DNA of 64,000 nt, from positions 32,049 to 96,048 of the forward strand of contig NZ_FXTM01000005.1 of the NCBI RefSeq assembly GCF_900182585.1, in the 5' to 3' direction. Under the pieces are notes generated by a model, which was given only the letters and a program-made list of their open reading frames with translations, was not told where the DNA came from and did not search any database. The DNA is from Balnearium lithotrophicum (lineage in GTDB: Bacteria; Aquificota; Aquificia; Desulfurobacteriales; Desulfurobacteriaceae). Numbering within the stretch: position 1 is the first letter of the stretch; every line of letters starts with the position of its first letter. Both the position numbers and the translations under genes were made by a program. This document shows positions 11,699 to 20,793 of the stretch, piece after piece.

Positions 11699-11915
11699 CG
11701 ACGGCGTAGTTAAGGTTAACGGAGCTCCAGCCAAGCCCTCGAGGGAAGTAAAAGTAGGAGACGTTGTAGAGGTTGATACGATAAGCAGGTTTTTAAAGTT
11801 CAGAGTCCTTGAAGTTCCGATTTCAAAGTCAGTCTCAAAGAAAAAAGCCAGAGAGTTAGTAGAAGTTATCGAAGACAGAAAGAAGGATATAAGGGACATT
11901 ATTGACCTTATATAG
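11628..11915 (+). CDS. S4-domain RNA-binding protein (Hsp15/YbcJ-like)
   Basis: [48 protein letters not shown] is a canonical S4 fold signature. Start appears to be TTG at 11628. Confidence 0.7.
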   Translation: [95 protein letters not shown]

Positions 11916-11925
11916 GGGTTACAGG

Positions 11926-13509
11926 ATGGGAAGTTTTTTGGAAAGAGTCCTTGAAAATATTGAGGAGAGTCCTGAAAAGACGGCCTTTGTTAGGAAGGAA
12001 AATGGTAAATACAGGGAACTAACATTCAGGGACTTTGGGAACCAGATATCAACGTTGGAGGAGCTCCTTAGGGGAATCTCTCCTGAGGACAGGGTTGTCA
12101 TCTTCATGGAGAATAGACCCGAGTGGGTATCGTCACTCTTTTCTATTCTTTTCTTAGGGGGAATTGCCGTTCCCGTTGACTACCTCCTCACTCCCGAGGA
12201 GCTCTTTAACATTTTAAAGGACTCACAGCCCAAGTACCTCATAACAAGCTCTCAAAACTTAAAGACTGCGGAGAAGGCGGTCTCAAACTTGGGCTACCAC
12301 GTGAGAGTGATAAACGTTGACGATATCGAATGGAGGGAGGGGAAAATTCAGTACAGAAGGAGACGTTTGGACGAGGTAATCCTCATCCTCTACACATCCG
12401 GAACCACAGGAAACCCTAAAGGGGTTATGCTTACACTTGGAAACTTAGACCACAATATAAGGGCTGTTGAGAACTTGGGATTTTTAAGGGAGGACGACAG
12501 GTTTGTCGCAATACTTCCCTTCCACCATACGTACCCCCTCATGGCAACTGCAGTCCTGCCGGTTTCACTGAAGCTTCCACTCGTCTTTATTGAAAAGCTC
12601 ACCCCAACAGACATCCTATCAACGGTAAATGAGCAGAACGTTACGATAATGGTGGGAGTTCCCAAACTCTACCAGGTGATACACCACAACATAATGGCAG
12701 AAATTAAAAAACTACCTCCGGTAAAGAGAAGGTTGATAGAGGGAGCCCTTAAGCTCTTCAGGAAGGGAGCTCCAACTTCTGTCAAAAGGAGGTTCTTCTC
12801 AAAGGTTCACGAGAGGATAGGTAGGAACTTACGGTTTATGATAAGTGGTGGAGCAAAGCTGAGCGAGGATGTCTGGAGAGACCTTGAAGCTATGGGATTT
12901 AACATTTTGGAAGGGTACGGTTTGACCGAAACCTCACCTCTGATATCTGTCAACAGGCCCGATAGGAAGAGAATAGGAACGGCAGGACCTCCTGTCGATG
13001 AGGTTGAAGTAAAGGTTACGGAGAAGGGAGAGATAATTGTAAGGGGCCCTAACGTTATGAAGGGCTACTACAACAAACCTGAGGAGACCAGAAAAGTCAT
13101 AAAGGACGGCTGGTTCTACACGGGAGACCTTGGGTTTGTCGATGAGGATGGATTTATACACATAACGGGAAGGACCAAGGAAGTAATAGTCCTTGAGAGT
13201 GGCAAGAATGTGTATCCAGAGGATATAGAGATAGAGCTCCTTAAAAGTCCCTACATCTTAGAGGTGGGGGTTTTCTACTCTGATGGAAGGCTCAGAGCTC
13301 TCGTTAGGCCCGACTTTGAGCTCTTAGTTGACGAGGGCGTTTCAGACGTTAAATCCTTCATAAAAAAGGAGATAAACAGACTTTTAAGGGGATTTCAGCC
13401 CTACAAGAAGATTAAGGAGTTCAAGATTGTTGACAGGGAGCTCCCAAGGACGAGGATAGGAAAACTGAGGAGGTTTCTCCTTCCTAAAGTTTGGGAAGAG
13501 GTAGAGTGA
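11926..13509 (+). CDS. AMP-dependent synthetase/ligase (long-chain acyl-CoA synthetase-like)
   Basis: AMP-binding motif YTSGTTGNPKGV, then GYGLTET and a C-terminal acyl-adenylate domain. I prefer the start at ATG 11926 (MGSFLERV), after the S4 gene stop; the ORF extends to 11902. Confidence 0.8.
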   Translation: MGSFLERVLENIEESPEKTAFVRKENGKYRELTFRDFGNQISTLEELLRGISPEDRVVIFMENRPEWVSSLFSILFLGGIAVPVDYLLTPEELFNILKDSQPKYLITSSQNLKTAEKAVSNLGYHVRVINVDDIEWREGKIQYRRRRLDEVILILYTSGTTGNPKGVMLTLGNLDHNIRAVENLGFLREDDRFVAILPFHHTYPLMATAVLPVSLKLPLVFIEKLTPTDILSTVNEQNVTIMVGVPKLYQVIHHNIMAEIKKLPPVKRRLIEGALKLFRKGAPTSVKRRFFSKVHERIGRNLRFMISGGAKLSEDVWRDLEAMGFNILEGYGLTETSPLISVNRPDRKRIGTAGPPVDEVEVKVTEKGEIIVRGPNVMKGYYNKPEETRKVIKDGWFYTGDLGFVDEDGFIHITGRTKEVIVLESGKNVYPEDIEIELLKSPYILEVGVFYSDGRLRALVRPDFELLVDEGVSDVKSFIKKEINRLLRGFQPYKKIKEFKIVDRELPRTRIGKLRRFLLPKVWEEVE

Positions 13510-14318
13510 TGGAGTTTTCAAAGATTCAGGGAACGGGAAACGACTTTATCATTATCGACAACAGGGACGGCAAGTTTGATAAATTCTGCGGAGATTTCCC
13601 AGTTGATTCAGTGGTAAGAAAAGTTTGTGAGAGGAGAAGGGGAGTAGGGGCAGACGGTCTTATTCTGATTGAAAGTTCAGAAGTTGCAGACTTTAAGTGG
13701 AGGTTCTTTAACTCAGACGGCTCCGTTGCTGAAATGTGCGGAAACGGAGCAAGGTGTGCATCGAGGTTTGCCTACGAAAGGGGAATAGCTCCTGAAAGAA
13801 TGAGGTTTGAAACGCTGGCCGGAATTGTTGAATCTGAGGTAAGGGGACCTTCAGTAAAGGTTAGATTAACCCCACCTACCGATTTAAAACTGAACATAAA
13901 TGCGGAGGGGTTAAACGTTCATTACATAAATACGGGAGTTCCTCACGTTGTTGTACTTGTTGAAAGGTTAGACCAGATTGACGTTGAGAAGTTGGGAAGG
14001 AAACTGAGGTTCTCAGAGGTCTTCTCTCCAAAGGGTGCAAATGTCAACTTTGTTGAGGTAATGTTGGATAGGATTAGAGTAAGAACTTACGAAAGGGGAG
14101 TTGAGGGGGAGACGTTGGCCTGTGGGACAGGTTCTGTTGCATCTGCAATTGTCTCATCGCTCATCTTTAAACTTAAACCTCCCGTTGAGGTTGAAGTAGG
14201 AATGGGAGAGAGGTTAAGGGTTTACTTTGATGGTGAACTAAGGGAGGTTTTTTTGGAAGGTCCTACAGTATGGGTCTACGATGGTAAACTAAGGGAGGAG
14301 CTCCTTGGAGGAGCTTAA
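13509..14318 (+). CDS. dapF: Diaminopimelate epimerase
   Basis: MEFSKIQGTGNDFIIIDN N-terminus and two catalytic Cys regions (MCGNGARC and LACGTGS). Confidence 0.9.
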   Translation: MEFSKIQGTGNDFIIIDNRDGKFDKFCGDFPVDSVVRKVCERRRGVGADGLILIESSEVADFKWRFFNSDGSVAEMCGNGARCASRFAYERGIAPERMRFETLAGIVESEVRGPSVKVRLTPPTDLKLNINAEGLNVHYINTGVPHVVVLVERLDQIDVEKLGRKLRFSEVFSPKGANVNFVEVMLDRIRVRTYERGVEGETLACGTGSVASAIVSSLIFKLKPPVEVEVGMGERLRVYFDGELREVFLEGPTVWVYDGKLREELLGGA

Positions 14319-14391
14319 AAAGTTTGTTGAATTTCTCAACCTCATAGGTTACAACGAAGTTAGATTAAGAGAGAAAACTGGAGATGGGGCA

Positions 14392-14973
14392 ATGAATCCG
14401 ATTGAGGAACTTGAAAAGCTGAAGGAAGAGGCACTTAAGTGCTGTAGGTGCAGACTCTGTAAACACAGGACTCACGTAGTGTTTGGGGAGGGAGACCCTC
14501 AAACCGACCTCATGTTTGTAGGTGAGGCTCCGGGAGAACAGGAAGACCTTCAGGGAAGACCCTTTGTCGGAAGGGCTGGACAGCTGCTTACGAGGTTTTT
14601 AAACCTTTACGGCGTTTCAAGGGAGAAAATCTACATAACAAACGTTGTTAAGTGCAGACCACCTAACAACAGAAACCCTGCTCCTGACGAGATAGAGGCC
14701 TGCTACCCTTTCCTTGAGAAACAGATAGAGTTAATCTCTCCAAAGGTTATCTTCTGCTTGGGGGCTTTTGCTGCAAGAACTGTTCTGAACCTCCCTGAAA
14801 AAACTCCGATTTCAAAAATAAGGGGAAAGGAACAGAGAATAAGAGTAGGTGATAGAGAAGTTACTGTTATACCTACGTTCCATCCGGCATACCTACTTAG
14901 GAACAGAAGGGGGGAGCCTGAATTTCAGAAGGATTTGGAAAGAGCTCTTTCAATTGCAGGTTTCCTAAAGTGA
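14392..14973 (+). CDS. Family 4 uracil-DNA glycosylase (thermophilic UDGa type, 4Fe-4S)
   Basis: GEAPGEQEDLQGRPFVGRAGQLL motif with a preceding CCRCRLC and a later HPAYLLR. I prefer MNPIEEL at 14392 as the start; the ORF could extend to 14305 (TTG). Confidence 0.75.
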   Translation: MNPIEELEKLKEEALKCCRCRLCKHRTHVVFGEGDPQTDLMFVGEAPGEQEDLQGRPFVGRAGQLLTRFLNLYGVSREKIYITNVVKCRPPNNRNPAPDEIEACYPFLEKQIELISPKVIFCLGAFAARTVLNLPEKTPISKIRGKEQRIRVGDREVTVIPTFHPAYLLRNRRGEPEFQKDLERALSIAGFLK

Positions 14974-15623
14974 TGGAAAGGGAAGCTTTAATCGAAAGGG
15001 TAAGGAAGGTTAAGGAAATTTTGGATAGGTACTTTCCCGAGGCCTACAAACCAAGGAGAACACCATTAGAACAGGCTGTCTTTACCGTTTTAAGCCAGAA
15101 CACAACTGACAGACAGGCAGAAAGGTGTTTAGAGAATCTGAAAAATTTGACAGGGAACAGACTCCTGTTAATCAAGGACCTCCCTGAAGAAAAAGTCATT
15201 GAGGCAATTAAACCCTGTGGGATGTACAACCAAAAGTACAGAGCTCTCAAATCTCTACTTTTTGACTGGAAGGAGTTAGAGGAAAAGTTAAGGGTTCTTC
15301 CAGAGAGGGAGGCAATAGAGCTCCTCAAGTCCTACCCATTTATCGGCTCAAAAACGGCAAGGGTTATACTTACGTTTGGATTTGGAAAGAATACATTTCC
15401 AATAGATACCCACTGCAGGAGAGTGCTGAGCAGGTTGGGAATTTTTCCCAAGGACTGGAGTTTGGATGAGATTTCGGAGTTTATGGAGGAAAACTTTTCG
15501 GCAGAATTCAACAGGAAGCTCCACTACGACCTGATAAGAGTTGGAAGGAAGTTCTGTAAACCTAAAAAACCAAGGTGTGAAGAGTGCCCCCTTAGGGAAG
15601 TTTGCAAATTTCACAAAGTTTAA
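14970..15623 (+). CDS. HhH-GPD superfamily DNA glycosylase (endonuclease III-like, 4Fe-4S)
   Basis: HhH-GPD core (FIGSKTARVIL) and a C-terminal CxxxxxxCxxCxxxxxC (CKPKKPRCEECPLREVC). Confidence 0.7.
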   Translation: MMEREALIERVRKVKEILDRYFPEAYKPRRTPLEQAVFTVLSQNTTDRQAERCLENLKNLTGNRLLLIKDLPEEKVIEAIKPCGMYNQKYRALKSLLFDWKELEEKLRVLPEREAIELLKSYPFIGSKTARVILTFGFGKNTFPIDTHCRRVLSRLGIFPKDWSLDEISEFMEENFSAEFNRKLHYDLIRVGRKFCKPKKPRCEECPLREVCKFHKV

Positions 15624-15633
15624 AAGGGAGAAA

Positions 15634-16842
15634 ATGGAGTTTTACATAGGCTTTGACAGAGCTCTTGAAATTATCTCCTCACAGGAATTTTTACTTCCTT
15701 CAGAATTTGCTTCCCTCTTTGACTCGTACGGCAGGGTTTTGAGGGAGAATTTAATTGCAGATAGGGACGACCCGCCTGCCCCGGTTTCTGCAATGGACGG
15801 CTATGGAGTGAAGAAGGAAGATATTAAATCAATCCCTGCGAAATTGAAAGTTGTTGGAGAGGTTCCAGCAGGAAAAATTCCTAACATTAAAGTTAGCAAG
15901 GGAGAGGCTGTAAAGCTCTTTACCGGCTCCTTAGTTCCAGAGGGGGTTGATACTGTAGTTCCCGTTGAGGAAACTGAAGGCTCGGGAGAGTTCGTCGTTA
16001 TAAAAAAATCGTATCCACAGGGGCAGAATGTTAGGTTAAGGGGTGAAAACTACAAGGTTGGCGATATTCTTGTAGAAGAGGGAGCTGTTCTGAGAGCCCC
16101 AGAGGTTGGAATAGCTGCATCTATTGGAAAACCTTATCTAAGGGTGTCGTCCAAACCGAGAGTAGGAATTATCACAACGGGAAACGAAATTTTAGAACCC
16201 TGGGATGATTTGGATTCTATCTCTCAGATACACAATACAAATGCCTATACTCTTTACTCCCTTGTAAAGGAATCGGGAGGAGAGCCTATCTATTTAGGGA
16301 TATTGAAGGACTCAAAGGATGAAACGGCTGAAAGAATTCACAAGGGAATAGAGACCTGTGATGTCCTCATTACAACCGGTGGCGTTTCAATGGGAGACTA
16401 CGACTTTGTCAAACAGGTTGTTAAGGAATTGGGTATAGAGGTTCTATTTTACAAAGTAAGAGTAAAACCGGGAAAACCTGTCCTCTTTGGAAAGAGGGGA
16501 AGTAAGTTTTTCTTTGGACTACCGGGATTTCCCGTTTCTACAGTTGTTAGCTTCAACCTCTTTGTTCTTCCACTGTTAAGAAAAATTCAGGGAGCAAGGG
16601 AACTGTTTAGAAAGAGGGTTAAAGCAAAACTTTTAATGGATTTCAAGAGAAGAAAAGCAGAAAGAAGGGAGTTTGTCAGGGCAGAACTTATCAATAAAGA
16701 CGGTAAATTTCTTGTAAAACCCCTAAGGAAGCAGGGGTCAGGAGTTCTAACTTCCCTTGTTGGGGGTAAAGTTCTCATGATGGTTCCTGAAGGAATAAGG
16801 GAGATAAAATTCGGTAGTGAAGTTGAGGTTGTTCTTATTTAA
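15634..16842 (+). CDS. moeA: Molybdopterin molybdenumtransferase MoeA
   Basis: MoeA N/linker/MoCF-binding pattern including GGVSMGDYD. ATG at 15634 is preceded by AAGGGAGAAA. Confidence 0.85.
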   Translation: MEFYIGFDRALEIISSQEFLLPSEFASLFDSYGRVLRENLIADRDDPPAPVSAMDGYGVKKEDIKSIPAKLKVVGEVPAGKIPNIKVSKGEAVKLFTGSLVPEGVDTVVPVEETEGSGEFVVIKKSYPQGQNVRLRGENYKVGDILVEEGAVLRAPEVGIAASIGKPYLRVSSKPRVGIITTGNEILEPWDDLDSISQIHNTNAYTLYSLVKESGGEPIYLGILKDSKDETAERIHKGIETCDVLITTGGVSMGDYDFVKQVVKELGIEVLFYKVRVKPGKPVLFGKRGSKFFFGLPGFPVSTVVSFNLFVLPLLRKIQGARELFRKRVKAKLLMDFKRRKAERREFVRAELINKDGKFLVKPLRKQGSGVLTSLVGGKVLMMVPEGIREIKFGSEVEVVLI

Positions 16843-16852
16843 GGGAGGATGA

Positions 16853-17536
16853 ATGGTTCCTGTAGTTTCCTTTATTGGCTATCACAACTCAGGTAAAACA
16901 ACGTTTGCAACAGAGGTTGTAAAGATTTTAAAGGAAAGAGGATATAAGGTAGGAGTTCTAAAGTCCACGAAACACAGACAGTTAATAACCGATACTCCTG
17001 GAAAGGACTCATTTAAGTACAGGGAAGCAGGGGCTGACGCTGTAGGAATAGTTTCTCCAGATGAATTGGTTTTATTTCAGGATATAGATAGGGATAGTTT
17101 AGATCTTAATTTCCTATCCTTTCTGCTCTTTGGCGAATACGATATAGTTGTGTGTGAGGGATTCAAAAATGCCGACGTTCCGAAAATAGAGGTTTTAAAG
17201 AAGGAAAACTCCGAAAAACCCCTGTTTAAGAAGGTGGAAAACGTAATAGCCGTTATTTCCGATTTTCCCGTTGAAGAAGGAATTAGGAGATTTAATAGAA
17301 ATGACTACGATAAGGTAGCAAAATTTCTAATAGAAAACTTTATAGAAAAAGGAACAGAAGGATTTGAGAATGAGGTGGAGCTCTTCATAAATGGAAAGAA
17401 AATCCCAATAAAATACTACGATGGAGAAACGCTGAGAGAGATTCTTAACAGTTTTATAAAGCCTTTAAAGGGAATAGAGTATCCTGTTAAGAGAATGGAC
17501 GTTAGGATTGTTAGAGGGAAGGGAAGGAGAAGTTGA
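16853..17536 (+). CDS. mobB: Molybdopterin-guanine dinucleotide biosynthesis adapter MobB with a C-terminal extension of about 60 aa
   Basis: P-loop GYHNSGKTTF at the N-terminus, as in MobB. Confidence 0.75.
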   Translation: MVPVVSFIGYHNSGKTTFATEVVKILKERGYKVGVLKSTKHRQLITDTPGKDSFKYREAGADAVGIVSPDELVLFQDIDRDSLDLNFLSFLLFGEYDIVVCEGFKNADVPKIEVLKKENSEKPLFKKVENVIAVISDFPVEEGIRRFNRNDYDKVAKFLIENFIEKGTEGFENEVELFINGKKIPIKYYDGETLREILNSFIKPLKGIEYPVKRMDVRIVRGKGRRS

Positions 17537-18185
17537 ACTCTGATAGCAAATTTTGAAAGGAACCAACAAATTTGACCTTTCCTCTTTCTAAAAAGATGAC
17601 TCTATCGGAAAGTTCCTTTATTTCAAATGGGTCATGGGTTATGTGTATTACCGTTGTTTTTTCCTTAAGGTCTTTGAGAAAGGGTATTAGTGACGTCTTT
17701 GTAAAAAAATCGAGTTGATTCAGTGGTTCGTCAAGAATTAGAAGATGGGGTTTTGAGAGAAGAGCTCTAACTATGGCTACCCTTTGAGCTTCTCCCCCGG
17801 AAATTTTGGAGGGTATCTCCTGAAGAATTTCTGAGATTCCAAAGTGTTGAGAAATTTCTTCTATTTCTCTTAGTTTAGGTTTTAGACCTCTCACTTTAAA
17901 CGGGAAACACAGATTTTCTAAAACGTTCATATGAGGAAAAAGAGAAGGGGTCTGGGAAATATAGGCTATCCTTCGCTCTTCAATGGGAAGGTTTGTAATG
18001 TCTTTTCCATTAAGGTAAATCCTTCCTTTGTCAGGTTTTTCTATTCCAGTAATTATTTTTACAGTCATGCTCTTACCTGCACCACTCCTTCCGAAGATGA
18101 AAAAGTACTCCTTTTCCTCTACCTCAAATGAAACCGATAGTTCAAACTTAGAGAGCTTCTTTTTGAAGTTGACCTCAAGAAACAC
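17511..18185 (-). CDS. ABC transporter ATP-binding protein (molybdate/tungstate type, short form without TOBE domain)
   Basis: Walker A GRSGAGKS, signature LSGGEAQRVAIVRAL and Walker B LILDEP. Confidence 0.8.
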   Translation of the reverse strand: MFLEVNFKKKLSKFELSVSFEVEEKEYFFIFGRSGAGKSMTVKIITGIEKPDKGRIYLNGKDITNLPIEERRIAYISQTPSLFPHMNVLENLCFPFKVRGLKPKLREIEEISQHFGISEILQEIPSKISGGEAQRVAIVRALLSKPHLLILDEPLNQLDFFTKTSLIPFLKDLKEKTTVIHITHDPFEIKELSDRVIFLERGKVKFVGSFQNLLSEFNFSFPSL

Positions 18186-18963
18186 GGGAATATCTCCTGT
18201 AAGGTAGGGATAGAACGATGGAAAAAATTACCAAACTCAGAAAAGTTACAAGAGCAGCTATCGGCGTTGAGGAACTTAAGCCGTAATTTTCAAAACGCTC
18301 GTACATCAAGATAGGAATCGTCTTTGGATAGTAGGCTACTATTAGGAGAGCTCCCATTTCACTCACAGCCCTGGCAAAGGCAAGAACGGCTCCCCTTAAA
18401 ATAAAGGGAATACTCAGAGGAAAAATTATCAACCTGAAAACTTTAAACGGAGAGGCACCTAAAGTCCTGGCTGTCCAGATTAACTCCCTATTGACAGATT
18501 CAAACCCGGCAAGTGATGATGCTACAATGTACGAGATACTGACAAAACACATAACAACAACTATTCCGTAGATAGTATCTACAAACGTTATTCCCAACTT
18601 GGAAAGGAGCTCTCCTAAAAGGGACTTTGAATTTAGAAGTTCCAGAAATATTATTCCAACGGCAGCGTGTGGAATTACTATAGGTAAGTCAAAGAGTCCT
18701 TCTAAAAATTTCCTTCCTTTAAAGTAGCTTTGAGAGAGAACGTATGCTACAGGAACTCCCAACGTAACTCCTAAAATCGTTGAAAGGGTTGCTCCCTCAA
18801 ACGTAGTAAAGAGGGCATTCCAAACTTCCCTGTCCTTTAGAGTTTTAAGGAAACTTTCCGTGTTAAGGGAAAAAAGTAGATGAAGAATAGGGAGGATTAC
18901 AAATAAGAACGATAAGGTAGAAAAGGTTAAGATTAAGAACTTAAAGTAACTTCTTTTTCTCAT
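18175..18963 (-). CDS. ABC transporter permease (ModB/WtpB-like)
   Basis: 262 aa with six TM helices and an EAA-like loop (ARTLGASPFKVFRLIIFP). Confidence 0.75.
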   Translation of the reverse strand: MRKRSYFKFLILTFSTLSFLFVILPILHLLFSLNTESFLKTLKDREVWNALFTTFEGATLSTILGVTLGVPVAYVLSQSYFKGRKFLEGLFDLPIVIPHAAVGIIFLELLNSKSLLGELLSKLGITFVDTIYGIVVVMCFVSISYIVASSLAGFESVNRELIWTARTLGASPFKVFRLIIFPLSIPFILRGAVLAFARAVSEMGALLIVAYYPKTIPILMYERFENYGLSSSTPIAALVTFLSLVIFSIVLSLPYRRYSRVS

Positions 18964-19916
18964 TTCTTAATTAAAATAGGAGGATACATAGGTTCCTGAT
19001 AGTTCCTCCTTAAAATTTCTGCTCCTTTTCCTGAAATTATAAAATCTTCCCAGAGTTTAGCCTCTTTTGGATGGGGAGCTCCCAACACGGTAGTAATTCC
19101 GTAAACTATTGGTTTTCCCTTAATCAACTTCCCATTCGCCAACTTAACATAAACTTTTGAATAAAAGTCCTTAAACTTGATACTGGATAAGTTTATTTCA
19201 GGAGGTAACTCTACAAATTTTAGCTTGTGTTGAAGAGCTACACTTTTGTACTCGAATGCGTAATCTATAGTGCCACTCTCGAGTAATCCTAAGAGAGCAA
19301 CAGCTTTTGGTCTTATAAAAATGTGATGGTTCGTCTTTAAGCTATTTGGAACGGTAATTAAGATTCCATCCTGTTCCCTTGCTAAAGAGAGATTGGAATT
19401 TGACAGGAGACTCTCAAATATTGGCTTTTTGTAGTAAAAATCAGCCAAACTTAAGGCCATAAGAGTTCTGTATCCACAAGGGTCAAGGTTCGGATTTGAG
19501 AAACCCCATTTAACATTACTTTTCTTCAGAATCTCGTACCAGTTGTTCTCATTAATTTCATTAGAGTATTTAGAACTATTAGTGTAACAGAGAACGAGTT
19601 CGTTTCTTGCGAATGCATAAACGTGGTTTGAGAACTTTGGAAACATCAACTTGGGAATCAATGAATAATCGGCACTTGCAACAACATCACAAGGCTTCTT
19701 TAAATCTATTACCTTTCTTATTGCCTGTACACTACCACTCGGTTCAAGTCTTACATCAATTTCAGGATGTAAACGTTCAAACTCCTTCTTAGCAGCCTCA
19801 AACGGCACAGTTAAACTGCCTGCATGAAATACTATTAAATTGACTTTATCTGCTGAAAAAGAAGGAAAAGGGAAAATAGCAAAAAATAACAAAATAAAAT
19901 GAAAATATTTCATCAT
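18960..19916 (-). CDS. Periplasmic oxyanion-binding protein (ModA/WtpA-like molybdate/tungstate binding)
   Basis: Signal peptide plus a solute-binding fold of about 300 aa. Co-oriented with, and overlapping, the permease and ATPase genes. Placement beside moeA-mobB supports a Mo/W role. Confidence 0.65.
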   Translation of the reverse strand: MMKYFHFILLFFAIFPFPSFSADKVNLIVFHAGSLTVPFEAAKKEFERLHPEIDVRLEPSGSVQAIRKVIDLKKPCDVVASADYSLIPKLMFPKFSNHVYAFARNELVLCYTNSSKYSNEINENNWYEILKKSNVKWGFSNPNLDPCGYRTLMALSLADFYYKKPIFESLLSNSNLSLAREQDGILITVPNSLKTNHHIFIRPKAVALLGLLESGTIDYAFEYKSVALQHKLKFVELPPEINLSSIKFKDFYSKVYVKLANGKLIKGKPIVYGITTVLGAPHPKEAKLWEDFIISGKGAEILRRNYQEPMYPPILIKK

Positions 19917-19944
19917 ACAATCTCCTATAAAGCTAAATAAAAAT

Positions 19945-20793
19945 CTATTCTTTCTCCACCTTAATTAAGTGGTGGGAGAGTCCTGCCTTGTCCTTATCAA
20001 TTCCGAAAGCGTAGGCCATTATCTCCGGTAAAAAGGAGGATGGAACGTTTGGGGGATTTTCCATGTTTGTTTGGTAAATATCAAATGATTTGAAACATAA
20101 AGGACAGGGTGTAGCAACGATGTCCGCACCTACTTTTTTAACTCCTCCCAAAATTCTACCAAGCTTTTTTAAAGTCATTGATTTGTCCGTAAAGAAGGCG
20201 TGATATCCACAGCAGGCATCTTTTCCCTCAAAGTCATCAACAACCTCAGCTCCTAATGCCTTAAGTATCTCCTGAAGGGAAGATGGGTTGTCACTATTAT
20301 CTATTGCTATTTCTTTTGGATAGAGAACGTGGCAACCGTAGTAAGCCGCAACTTTCCAGCCTTTTAAAGGTCTCCTTACAGCCTTTTTAATTCTTTCGTA
20401 TCCTACAACATCCCTGAAAAAGTCCAAAAGGTGATAAATTTTATTTGTTCCTCTGTATTCGAGTCCTTCTTCCCTTAACAGTTCGTTTATCTCATCCCTG
20501 AGTTTTTTATTGGTGTCGAGAGCTCTCTTTGCTTTTGCAATAACCATGTAACACGTATTACAAGAAATCAGCATATCTAAACCTTGAGCTTCGGCAAGAG
20601 CAATGTTCCTTGCATTTATTGCATAAGATAGTTTTCTGTTCTCCTCATCAATTGTATTCCCACCACAACAGGTAGTTTCCTCTAAAAGGCCAAGGTCAAC
20701 GTCCAACCTTCTAAAAGTCTCCTTCATCGTTTCAAACATATGGGCATCCTGTCCCTGAAAACAGCATCCTTGATAAAACCCTATCCTAATCAC
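19945..20793 (-). CDS. Fumarate reductase/succinate dehydrogenase subunit E-type (HdrB-like, two CCG domains), copy 1
   Basis: Two Cys-rich CCG motifs (TTCCGGNTIDE and ACCGYHAFF) with further conserved Cys (CPLC). Confidence 0.8.
   Translation of the reverse strand: MIRIGFYQGCCFQGQDAHMFETMKETFRRLDVDLGLLEETTCCGGNTIDEENRKLSYAINARNIALAEAQGLDMLISCNTCYMVIAKAKRALDTNKKLRDEINELLREEGLEYRGTNKIYHLLDFFRDVVGYERIKKAVRRPLKGWKVAAYYGCHVLYPKEIAIDNSDNPSSLQEILKALGAEVVDDFEGKDACCGYHAFFTDKSMTLKKLGRILGGVKKVGADIVATPCPLCFKSFDIYQTNMENPPNVPSSFLPEIMAYAFGIDKDKAGLSHHLIKVEKE

Noticed and set aside
14305-14391. 29-codon N-terminal extension of the uracil-DNA glycosylase from TTG 14305
   Set aside because: It overlaps the dapF stop. 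The internal ATG at 14392 has a GGAG at proper spacing and yields the canonical family-4 UDG N-terminus, so the shorter form is preferred. The extension cannot be excluded.
15541-15633. N-terminal extension of moeA (MEGSSVNLKNQG...) overlapping nth
   Set aside because: It has no RBS and overlaps the nth C-terminus in another frame. ATG 15634 with an upstream AAGGGAG gives a normal MoeA N-terminus.
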